A stretch of DNA of 64,000 nucleotides from Fimbriiglobus sp. (GTDB lineage Bacteria > Planctomycetota > Planctomycetia > Gemmatales > Gemmataceae): assembly GCA_036493815.1 (NCBI GenBank), contig DASXPC010000221.1, positions 11,174 through 75,173 on the forward strand, given 5' to 3'. This document shows, in pieces, positions 41,401-49,256 of the stretch. Below the pieces are notes generated by a model. The model saw only the letters and a list, made by a program, of their open reading frames with translations, had not been told where the DNA came from and searched no databases. Made by a program: the position numbers and the translations under genes. How positions within the stretch are numbered: the first letter of the stretch is position 1; every line of letters starts with the position of its first letter.

Positions 41401-42301
41401 ACTGGTCGGGGACGTCGGCCGGCTGGGTTCCGGGGAAGTAGCCGTCGTACTCGTCCCGTTTCCGGTTCCACATGCCGACGACCAGCGTGTTCGGGTCGAA
41501 CGGGTCCATGCAGAAGTCGATGACGCCGGTCTTGTCGTCGACGTAGAGGACCTTGTCCCACGTCTTGCCGCCGTCGGTCGATTTGAACAGGCCGCGCTCC
41601 TCGTTCGGGCCGTAAAGCCGGCCGAGGGCGCCGACGTAGACAATGTTCGGGTCTTTAGGGTGGACGACGATCTTGCCGATTTGGAACGACTGCTTGAGGC
41701 CGACGTGATTCCAGGTTTTTCCGCCGTCGGTGCTCTTGTAGACGCCGTCGCCGTAGGAAACGGAGTTGCGCGGGTTCTTTTCGCCGGTGCCGACGTAAAC
41801 GATATTCGGGTTCGACGGGGCGTGGGCGACGTCGCCGATGGAAACGGTCGTCTCCTTATCGAACTGGTGTTCGAAGGTGGTGCCGTTGTTGGTGGTTTTA
41901 AGCAGACCCCCGGACGCGGTCGCGATCCAGTACGTGGAGGGGTCGTTGTCGACGACCGAGAAGCCGACGATCCGGCCGCTCATGTTTGCCGGGCCGATAC
42001 TCCGCCAGGTTATCTGCTTGCTGACCGATTCGGGAATGGTCCCTTCGACCGGAGTTTTCGTCGGGGAAGGAGCGCCTTCCTTTTTCTTTCCGGCGGAATT
42101 GGACGTCGTACCTTTCAACTCTTCCGCTTGCTTTTTCAACGCCTCGATCTGCTTTTGTATCTCTTCGATCTTTTTCTGTTTCGCGTCCTTCGTTTGTGGC
42201 TGCCCGTCGTCGGATTGGGCCCGGCTATTCGGCAGGGCGATCAGGAGGGCGAACATCAGGAGCAGGAACGACCATCGACTGAGGGATACGATGCGGCTCA
42301 C
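38420..42301 (-). CDS. BNR/sortilin(VPS10)-like beta-propeller protein with two inserted PDZ domains and four Gly/Arg-rich tracts
   Basis: GTG start with a signal peptide. It has many Asp-box motifs (STDGGKTW x3, TTDGGKTW, SKDSGSTW, TTDSGKTF, TRDGGLNW, TDDYGASW) and PDZ-like segments (GGPSEKAGFKAGDVIITVDG; GGPVEKGGIKPGALVTKVNG). Confidence 0.85.
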   Translation of the reverse strand: MSRIVSLSRWSFLLLMFALLIALPNSRAQSDDGQPQTKDAKQKKIEEIQKQIEALKKQAEELKGTTSNSAGKKKEGAPSPTKTPVEGTIPESVSKQITWRSIGPANMSGRIVGFSVVDNDPSTYWIATASGGLLKTTNNGTTFEHQFDKETTVSIGDVAHAPSNPNIVYVGTGEKNPRNSVSYGDGVYKSTDGGKTWNHVGLKQSFQIGKIVVHPKDPNIVYVGALGRLYGPNEERGLFKSTDGGKTWDKVLYVDDKTGVIDFCMDPFDPNTLVVGMWNRKRDEYDGYFPGTQPADVPDQYGPVVSHGPGGGIFKTTDGGKTWKKINDVKNNKGNGLPTVKTGRIGIDFSLRTKGVVYAIIDTEDVGKGNANLPIYMGIVAEDVKDVGIKIESVTEGGPSEKAGFKAGDVIITVDGKKFDDNDKMLEYVRTKKPGDKVLVAIKRDGKDMVIDLILGVRPEDAQAAAAAQGGGRGGRGGAGGGRGGAGGRGGAGGRGGAQGANTILMPGFTPAVGFGEPVTVEKVPAGGPVEKGGIKPGALVTKVNGVAVEDFRELLTELRVTARSEDPRKAGDKVKITFKQGEKETTLELALVETPLQLPFGGGGGGRGANPARPNGLGLGGQRPNVQDRQGKDGYQTGGVFMSKDSGSTWTRVNSLNPRPMYFSQIRVDPTDSKNVYVLADTGNGGGNSAGLYRTTDSGKTFSQAPVRGVHADLHAFWIDPANAKHMLVGCDGGTYCTYDRGATWDHLNHVAIGQFYHVAVDNKRPYHVYGGLQDNGSWGLPSATLRRTGPYNEDSIYINGGDGFVCRVDPNDPDLIYAESQGGAIQRRNLRTGEQGGARPGIGGGGRGGAGGGGGGGRGGAGGGRTEALRFNWNTPYILSSHNSSIFYSAGQYVFRSIEKGSALKKISPDITRTKNGSATALAESPKNPDLLYVGTDDGYLWVTRDGGLNWKNITENLHKAGVPGPRCVAALEPSREREGKCYVALDAHRSNDDKPYILVTDDYGASWKNISHNLPEFGSTRCIREDYKNPQVLYCGTEFGAFVSANKGASWTKFGDNLPTVAVHEFAQPTVAEEIVIATHGRSLWVADISSIRQMKPETFKEDATLFAPAPAVKWRIGAGGESPYSETLRKFVGSNPPRGTAVDYFLKDAAKTVTLKIFDVSNKVVCEFVTPPKTAGFHHLQWTLARGTIGGDQGGRGGRGGFGGGGGRGRGGFGRGGVILAGSYRVTLTVDGKDYSQGFAVENDPNLPAGVTSSEEVTVDTGDEDDEHEGVKEKMIEELKKLLSKFKDE

Positions 42302-42593
42302 GGCAGGGTCTCTCTAAACGGGATGAGAAAAAGCCGGCGGGTGGGAAGTCCGACCCGTCCGTCAGAATACCGATGCGAACGGATCATGTTCCCTATTGTC
42401 CCGATCCTATCCAGACGGGAATGCAATCGCCAGCAGGGAGTGATGAAAGAGGGATGAGAACGGCATGGAACGGTAATTCGTTCCGTGTAACTATTGCAAA
42501 GGTAGTACTGCGAATTACACAACATTACAAAATCGTAATCTTGCACACTTAGATTCGCTGGCGAAAAGACCTATTGGAAAGAAAATATGTATT

Positions 42594-42609
42594 TGGCACG
42601 GGGGCTGCA
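42594..42609 (+). promoter_or_regulatory. sigma54-type -24/-12 promoter-like element (near consensus)
   Basis: TGGCACGGGGGCTGCA compared with the consensus TGGCACG-N4-TTGCW. GG at 42595-42596 and GC at 42607-42608 have the 12-nt offset. The single mismatch is C for T at -14. It is preceded by an AT-rich tract containing ATTAC-N6-GTAAT (42524-42539). Confidence 0.45.
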
Positions 42610-42621
42610 TTAGTGTGATTT

Positions 42622-42835
42622 GTCATCCGCGATTCCCCCGAATCCCTGGCGGATGACGCGATGCGGGGCCGGTCCCTTCCCCCGGACCGACCCCGCGAGA
42701 CGGGCCGAGCGGTGTGGTCGCCGATTCCCCCCGTGCGACCGCCGGCATTCCCCCGCCGACGCTCGGTTCGGACCCTTCCCCCTTCCTGTCTGCTTTCCCC
42801 CAATCACGGGCCGCCGGCTCCCCCGCCGGCGGCCC
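42622..42835 (+). ncRNA. candidate repeated-loop structured RNA (array of hairpins displaying TTCCCCC); transcribed strand not established
   Basis: There are 7 copies of (T)TCCCCC. Stems are A 42622-30/42649-57, B 42670-75/42684-89 (+42663-68/42691-96), C 42716-21/42735-40 and E 42808-18/42825-35, each with the motif in its loop. See finding. Confidence 0.4.
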
Positions 42836-42912
42836 GCGTCGTTTCCGCATTCATCCCGGCCGGGTTGGCGCTTATAATCGAATGCACCACCGGAACGGGT
42901 ACCGCCACCGCC

Positions 42913-43341
42913 ATGCAACCGATCTACGTTGCCGCCCCACATTTCAATTTGCCGGAAGCCCCTGCGCCGACCACGGCGTCGGAAGTGGGCGATTTACTCC
43001 GTCACCTGATCGACGGACAACGCGATCAAACCGGCCTCCTCCGCGGCTTGCTCGCGTCGCAGGATCAAAGCCCGAAGTGGAAGGCACTTCTCGCCCGATG
43101 GCATGATGAATTTCCGAACGTGGGGTCGAGTTGCAGGGCCGTGCTTCCCGCCGTGGAGCGGGTTTTCCTGACGATGGTGAATGAAGTGACCGAAAAACTT
43201 TCGGACTCCAGCGCGGACGAGCTGGAAAGCGACTATGCCCTCGGCGAGTTTCTGGACCGATACGGCACGCGTCTGAATCAACTGGCCGGGATCATCAACC
43301 AGCTCACCCCCTTGGCGGAAAACGCCTCGGCACCGACTTAA
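42913..43341 (+). CDS. hypothetical helical protein (142 aa) immediately upstream of the giant TPR gene
   Basis: ATG at 42913, with TATAAT at 42873-42878 upstream. Predicted all-helical. The stop is 14 nt before the TPR gene start. Confidence 0.55.
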   Translation: MQPIYVAAPHFNLPEAPAPTTASEVGDLLRHLIDGQRDQTGLLRGLLASQDQSPKWKALLARWHDEFPNVGSSCRAVLPAVERVFLTMVNEVTEKLSDSSADELESDYALGEFLDRYGTRLNQLAGIINQLTPLAENASAPT

Positions 43342-43355
43342 CGCACGACCGAATT

Positions 43356-46300
43356 GTGGCGGAAACTGCGTCGCCTATTTTGAATACCGTAGACCCGGCC
43401 GACGATCGCATGGACCTGACCCCCGCAGACCTTTCCCCGATCCGCGAGCTGTATACCGCCGGGCGGTATTTTACGGCCCACGCGGAAGGGGCGCGATTCG
43501 GGCCGTACCGGCAGTGGAAGGGGCCGGGCGGAATGGTGCTCGCCGGCCGGTTGGCTATGCAACTCGGGGCCCCGAAGTTTGGCCGCCGACTCCACCTCGC
43601 TGCCGTCCGCCAATTTCCCGTTAACCTCGAAGTCGTCTATTACCACGGCCGGTATCGCATGGAGCGGTTCGGCCCACTCGCCTGCTGGCGGTTTCTGAAA
43701 CTCCATCCCGATTGGTCCGATGCCGCACCGGAGCTACGCGGAGACTGGCTCGCCCTATCCGGATTTGTCGCGGCCCGGCTGCGGGATTTCGACCGGGCCG
43801 ACCGGTTTCTGAATCAGGCCGAAGCGATGGCTCCGAACCGGCCCTGGGTCGCCGTCGAACGGGCGGCGGCGTTCGAGGCGGCCGAGCGGTACGAAGACGC
43901 GCTCGCGTCGGCCCGCCGAAGCCTCGAATTGCAGCCTTGGTTCCGTCCGGGGGTTCAAGCCGCGGCCCACGTCTTACAGAAGCTCGGCCGGGAATCTGAA
44001 GCGATAACCCTTCTCACCGATGCCGTCGAATTTACCGAAAGTGGGCTGATCGTCGCCCAGCTCATCTCTTCCCTGCTCGACGCGCGAAGAGCGGAGGACA
44101 TATCAAAGAGGAATTTGCTCGATCGGTACGAGGAATTGGCACCGCTACGGGAGAAGGAAATTCGCCAATGGCTGTCGGCCCGGCGGTCGGATGTTACGTA
44201 TTTACTCGGCGATACCTGTTCTGCCGCGAAACATGCCCGCGAAGTCAGGGACGACTTTTACGGAGCCTTTGCCCGTGCACTCGAACAATCCGGGGCCGCG
44301 ACGGACCGAAAAATCTTGCCGATCGACATGTCGTACGGAGAAAAGCCGCCAACCGCCCATGATTTGCTCGGCCGATTCTGGGGAATCCCATTCCCTACGG
44401 CTATGGACGACCGCGATTTCACGGACGACGTTCCGGACCCGAGTGACCGGAAGCGAGCCGAGGAGGCGGGCTGGACCGCGGCCGAGTTCACCTTGACCGC
44501 GGATTCCGCTTTCGGATTGTTGGACGCCGGTGTCCCATTCCTCATTACACTGGTCGAAGTCGGAGTGAGTCAGTCGCGGATGGCGATCGGTTACGACCGT
44601 CTCCGACACACGCTATTCCTTGCCGACGGTCAGGATCGGAAGCCGGTCGAGGCCCCACTTTCTGTGTTGTTGTCCCGGTATCGCTCGACCGGTCCGCGGG
44701 CGATCGCCTTCGTTCCGCCGGGGTCGGACAAAACCTGCCTTCTCGCCGGCCTGCCGGACCAGGATGCGTTCACCGCCCTTTATGCGGTTCTGTCGCAGTG
44801 TTGTACCTGGAATTGGCGCGTCGTCCGCGAGTCGTACGACGCGATGGCGGCCCGGTTCCCACAGCACCGATTGACAAAATGGGCCGCTTTGAACCTGGCT
44901 AAAACCCTCGGGCACCCGGTGGAGCAATTACAGGCGGCGGAATCGCTGTTGAAAGAGTTCCCGACCGATCCGACACTGTTAGTCGCTAAGGCGGCAGCCC
45001 TGCGGGACTTGGGTCGTGTCCGTGAACGTCTGGAGTTGCTACGGGTATTCGGCGGGAAATCGGACGCCGATCCGTTGTTGATGCAGTCGCTTGCTCAGAT
45101 GCTGCTCACCGACCCACGGGATCAGGCCGAAGCGGAGCGGTTGTTGCGGCGGTCGGTGCGGGTTCGACCGCAGGCCGCAGCGGGGTATTACCTGCTCGGG
45201 TCTCAATCGTGGGAGCGGCAGGACTTCGGCCCCGCGGCCGATTACTATCGTTTTTCCTGCTGCCTTGACGACCGGGAAGACCAGTTCGCCGACGCATATT
45301 TCCGGGTGGCCCGGTGCGTCGGTCAGGCCCCGGAGGCCCTTCGCCTGTTCCAACAGCGGGTGACACGAACGGCCGCGTCGCCTCCCTCGGCGGTGCGAGC
45401 GTTGTTTAACGCACTGTTCGACCGGGACGAACCGGCCCAGGCGTTCGCCGCACTGAATAAAGCGGTCGAAAAGCTGACTCCTCCGCCGCCGGGAGAAGAA
45501 AAAACGCTGGCGGAGATATTACTTTTTCGGGCGGAGGTGCGGGCAAATTTCGGCGAGTTCGAGGAAGCGGAATCGGACCTTTCGATGGCACGGTCAGCCG
45601 CCCCGGCCGGTGTCTGGCACCGGACCGCCGCCCGGATCGCACGAGTGAAGCCCGACTTGGCGGCCGCGATCTTCCACCTCCGGGCGGCCGTCGATCTCGA
45701 CCCGCTCTGGGCCGACGGGCATCGATTGTTGGTCGGCTTGCTCCTCGATACCGACGGCCGGATCGCAGCCACTACGTATCTCGACGCAGCCTGTGTCCGG
45801 CACCCCTGCTTCTACCCGCTCGTTCGACTCCGTGCCGAATTGTACAGCCCCGAAACGGACGATCGCGGCGTGGCGGCGGTCGAAGGGATGATCGCGGCCT
45901 GTCCGGCCGACGCCTGGGCACACCGGCAGAAAGCCCTCATCTGTGCCGACCGCCTGGAGGACGACAAAGCCCTGGCCGCCCTCGCCGCCGCCGCCGCCCT
46001 CGAACCGGACCACCCGTCGCACTTCGCGGTGGCCGCACATACACACCGCAAGGCCGGCCGGACAGACGCCGCCATAGCCGCGTACAAGGAGGCGATCGCC
46101 TGCAACCCGGACTTCGATTTGGCCATCACCGAGTTGGTCGAAATTTGCCGCGGGCGAAAAGAAAAACTCGCGGCCCTTCGGTATGTCGCCGAACAGTTGA
46201 AGAAGCGGCCCCACACCGGCGACGGTCTAATTGCTTACCGCGATCAGATGCTCGCTCTGCTGAAAGAAGGGGAAGGGCACGAGCGGCTTTACCGCGAAGT

Positions 46301-49253
46301 GCAAAAATACCTCGACGACCGGCCTGATCTCTGGCAGTCGTGGTCGATCAACGTTCAACAACTCGCCATCCTCCACCGTACGGACGAGGCGAACGCCCTC
46401 GCCGTCGATGCGACGGAGCGCTTTCCCTTGTTGGCGAAGCTTTGGGTCGACCGGGCGGAAGTCGCCCGCCTGGCGGACCGGACGGACGACCGGATCGACG
46501 CGTTGAAGCAAGCGGTGGCGGCGGCCCCCGGCTGGACGCCGGCGTCGCGGGAATTGGCCACCGCCCTCGCCGAGGCGGGGCAGGACGACGAAGCCGTGGC
46601 CGTACTCGAACGCGCTGTCGTCCGGAACCCGCTCGACCCGCTCGCCCACGGATTTCTTTCCGAGCAGCTTTGGCACGCCGGGCATTCGCAGGAGGCCCTG
46701 GATCGGGCGAAGCGGGCTGTCCGGCACGAACCGGGATACGACGGGGCCTGGGCAGCCGTTGCCGAGTGGAGCGAACGTCTCGAAGTCCCGGACGATGCGG
46801 TTTCTCTCGCGCGCGACCTGACCCGCGAGCGGCCGGGCGATCCGCGGGTTTGGCTGCGGCTCGTTCGCCTCCTGACGGACCGGTCCGGCATCGACGAAGC
46901 CTTGTTCGCCCTGGAAAAAGCCACCGCCCTCGACCCGAGAAACGTGGAAGCCCACGACCTCAAAGCGGAAAAGCTCGCCGAGGTGGGTCGGTTCGACGAG
47001 GCATTGGCGGCGGCGAAGCCGAGCGAACTCGGGGACGAACTGCCACTGATCCTGCAGGGTCGTGCCGCGTGGGTTGAGGCCCGACGGGGGAACTATTCCG
47101 CCGCCATCGCCCCGATGCAGGCACTCGTGTCGGCTCACCCGGATTATTACTGGGGCTGGCAGCAACTGGCCGACTGGTACAACGAAACCGACCGGCCGCA
47201 AAATTACCTTGAAGCCGCCGGCGAACTCGTCCGCCTCCGCCCCGATCATCCCGTGCCCCTGGCGATGCGGGGCGAAGCCAAGATCAAACTCGACGACCGG
47301 GATGGCGGCAAGGAAGACCTTCGAGAGGCGTTGCGGCTGAACCCGCGATACGCCCCTGCGGCGGCCGTCCTCTTCGACGCCTGCCTCGACGACGGCGAAC
47401 TCCGCGACGCCCGGGCCGCCCTTGCCGTGCTGCAGGAGCACCTCACCGGACCCGAAGTCGCCGTCAAGCAGCTTCAACTCCACGCCCGGACGAACGACGA
47501 AGACGGGGCCGGCCGGGCGTTCGCTGAAGTGTGCGAACACGACGGCGAGACGAACCCGGGCGTGGTGAAGGTGGCGTACGACGCGATGCGGGACGGTGGA
47601 TTTGAATCCCGTGCGGTCGAGACGCTGAAGGCGGCCTGGCAGGCCGGTCGGCCGTTCAACCCCTGGGCCGCCATCTTCTGGGTCGATTCACCAGCCGGCC
47701 TGGAATCCACCCCGTCCGAACGGCTGGCGGCGCTTGACGCAACGGTGACCGCTTACCCGGATTTCGCCGTCGCTTACGATCGCAAAGCGGAAATCCTCGC
47801 CGAAGCAGGCCGGTTCGACGAGGCAATGGCGGCGTGTGCTCCCGTCATTCTCGGCCAACCGCCCCCCGTGGCACTGCGCGGCCGGGCCGCGTGGGTCGTT
47901 GCCGAACGGGGCGATCGGTCGAAGGCGATCACGTTGATGCAAACGGTCTTGACCGAGGACCCGAATTACGTTTGGGGTTGGCGGCAACTGGCCGGCTGGG
48001 CCGAAGCGCTCGGCCGCTCCCGCGAACACCTCACCGCCGCCGGCCACCTCGTCCGACTCTCCCCGGACGACCCGCTCGCGCTCCTGTTCCGCGGCGAAGC
48101 TCGTCGTAACGCGGGGGATCGGGTCGGCGCCCGTGAGGATTTCCGCAGGGCTTACGACCTCGACCCTAACTTCGAACTGGCCGGGATTCACCTGATCGGC
48201 GAACAACTCGCGGCGAATGACGTGGCTGGAGCGGTCGAAACCTTGCGGTCGCTTAAGGGTGAGAACCCCGGACCGCTCGTCCGGCTTCGGGCGGTGCAAG
48301 TGGCTGCCGCGAACCACGACGGCCGGGCCGCCCGGACCGAATTTCGGGCGTTGGCGGCGGATCCGACCGTGAGTCCCGCGGTACTTCGCGAGGCTGCCAC
48401 GGCCCTCGATGACGAAGGCTGGACGTTAGAGGCGGACGACGTCTTAGCCGCACGCGCGACCGACCCGGACGCCCCGCCGGCGGTGGCCACGCTTTGGGCC
48501 GAGAGGGAAGTCCAGGCCGACCGGTTCGAACGGGTCGGCGACAAGTTGCCGCTGCTGGCAAAAGGGAACCCACCGGCGGGTCGGGCGGCGGTATTGGCGT
48601 ATGCTTGGGGGCTGGTGAGTGCGGGCCGGCCGGAAGCCGCCGCCGCCGCCGTTCAGCGATTCAACGACCTGCTGCGTGCCGATGACGATTCGTGGGCCCG
48701 GGCCGGGGCGGTTTTGGCGGAAGCCCGGCACTTCGCCCTCGCCGCCGCTTGGCTTGCCGACTGGCCGAACCGCGTCGCGGTCGAAGGGTGGATGCTCCGA
48801 CCGCTGGCCGATTCGCTCCGGGCCCTCGACCGCGATGCGGAGGCATTGACCGTTTGCCGAAGTGGACTCGCCGCGAACCCGCCGCCCGACGTTGCCGCCG
48901 AGTTTCGTGGCTGGCTCGCCCTCGCCGCCGCCGAGGCGGGGGAACCCGCATCCGCAGCAAATTATCTCAAGGGTATGGACCAGATCGGCCTGCCCGATTC
49001 GGTGAAGCTGGTGCTGGCGATGGCGGAAGCTGTGCTGATGGTGAAGCAGGCCGGGCCGGACGGGAAGGTGTCGGCGTTCGGCGAAGCGAAGGAGCACCTC
49101 AGAGCCGCAGCCGACGCGTGCCCCGAAAATGCCCGCCCGCCGGGCACCGTGAGATGGTTCAAGCGTGTCGTCGCCAGACTCGGCGCCGATGCGGGCACCG
49201 TGAAAGCGAAAGTCTGGGCCTCCTGGCAGCGGGTACGGCCGTGGGTGGGGTAA
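43356..49253 (+). CDS. giant tetratricopeptide-repeat protein (1965 aa)
   Basis: GTG at 43356 (alternative ATG at 43410). Dozens of TPR-like A/L/R-rich helical hairpins and an internally duplicated 274-aa module. Confidence 0.85.
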   Translation: MAETASPILNTVDPADDRMDLTPADLSPIRELYTAGRYFTAHAEGARFGPYRQWKGPGGMVLAGRLAMQLGAPKFGRRLHLAAVRQFPVNLEVVYYHGRYRMERFGPLACWRFLKLHPDWSDAAPELRGDWLALSGFVAARLRDFDRADRFLNQAEAMAPNRPWVAVERAAAFEAAERYEDALASARRSLELQPWFRPGVQAAAHVLQKLGRESEAITLLTDAVEFTESGLIVAQLISSLLDARRAEDISKRNLLDRYEELAPLREKEIRQWLSARRSDVTYLLGDTCSAAKHAREVRDDFYGAFARALEQSGAATDRKILPIDMSYGEKPPTAHDLLGRFWGIPFPTAMDDRDFTDDVPDPSDRKRAEEAGWTAAEFTLTADSAFGLLDAGVPFLITLVEVGVSQSRMAIGYDRLRHTLFLADGQDRKPVEAPLSVLLSRYRSTGPRAIAFVPPGSDKTCLLAGLPDQDAFTALYAVLSQCCTWNWRVVRESYDAMAARFPQHRLTKWAALNLAKTLGHPVEQLQAAESLLKEFPTDPTLLVAKAAALRDLGRVRERLELLRVFGGKSDADPLLMQSLAQMLLTDPRDQAEAERLLRRSVRVRPQAAAGYYLLGSQSWERQDFGPAADYYRFSCCLDDREDQFADAYFRVARCVGQAPEALRLFQQRVTRTAASPPSAVRALFNALFDRDEPAQAFAALNKAVEKLTPPPPGEEKTLAEILLFRAEVRANFGEFEEAESDLSMARSAAPAGVWHRTAARIARVKPDLAAAIFHLRAAVDLDPLWADGHRLLVGLLLDTDGRIAATTYLDAACVRHPCFYPLVRLRAELYSPETDDRGVAAVEGMIAACPADAWAHRQKALICADRLEDDKALAALAAAAALEPDHPSHFAVAAHTHRKAGRTDAAIAAYKEAIACNPDFDLAITELVEICRGRKEKLAALRYVAEQLKKRPHTGDGLIAYRDQMLALLKEGEGHERLYREVQKYLDDRPDLWQSWSINVQQLAILHRTDEANALAVDATERFPLLAKLWVDRAEVARLADRTDDRIDALKQAVAAAPGWTPASRELATALAEAGQDDEAVAVLERAVVRNPLDPLAHGFLSEQLWHAGHSQEALDRAKRAVRHEPGYDGAWAAVAEWSERLEVPDDAVSLARDLTRERPGDPRVWLRLVRLLTDRSGIDEALFALEKATALDPRNVEAHDLKAEKLAEVGRFDEALAAAKPSELGDELPLILQGRAAWVEARRGNYSAAIAPMQALVSAHPDYYWGWQQLADWYNETDRPQNYLEAAGELVRLRPDHPVPLAMRGEAKIKLDDRDGGKEDLREALRLNPRYAPAAAVLFDACLDDGELRDARAALAVLQEHLTGPEVAVKQLQLHARTNDEDGAGRAFAEVCEHDGETNPGVVKVAYDAMRDGGFESRAVETLKAAWQAGRPFNPWAAIFWVDSPAGLESTPSERLAALDATVTAYPDFAVAYDRKAEILAEAGRFDEAMAACAPVILGQPPPVALRGRAAWVVAERGDRSKAITLMQTVLTEDPNYVWGWRQLAGWAEALGRSREHLTAAGHLVRLSPDDPLALLFRGEARRNAGDRVGAREDFRRAYDLDPNFELAGIHLIGEQLAANDVAGAVETLRSLKGENPGPLVRLRAVQVAAANHDGRAARTEFRALAADPTVSPAVLREAATALDDEGWTLEADDVLAARATDPDAPPAVATLWAEREVQADRFERVGDKLPLLAKGNPPAGRAAVLAYAWGLVSAGRPEAAAAAVQRFNDLLRADDDSWARAGAVLAEARHFALAAAWLADWPNRVAVEGWMLRPLADSLRALDRDAEALTVCRSGLAANPPPDVAAEFRGWLALAAAEAGEPASAANYLKGMDQIGLPDSVKLVLAMAEAVLMVKQAGPDGKVSAFGEAKEHLRAAADACPENARPPGTVRWFKRVVARLGADAGTVKAKVWASWQRVRPWVG

Positions 49254-49256
49254 ATT

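Noticed and set aside
42661-42912. ATG at 42661 as the true start of the 42913 ORF (226-aa version in the track)
   Set aside because: The extension is Pro/Arg-rich low complexity. The repeated TTCCCCC motif occupies all three phases relative to it. A TATAAT box lies inside it, 34 nt before the ATG at 42913. An RNA- or DNA-level element is the better explanation, although translation is not formally excluded.
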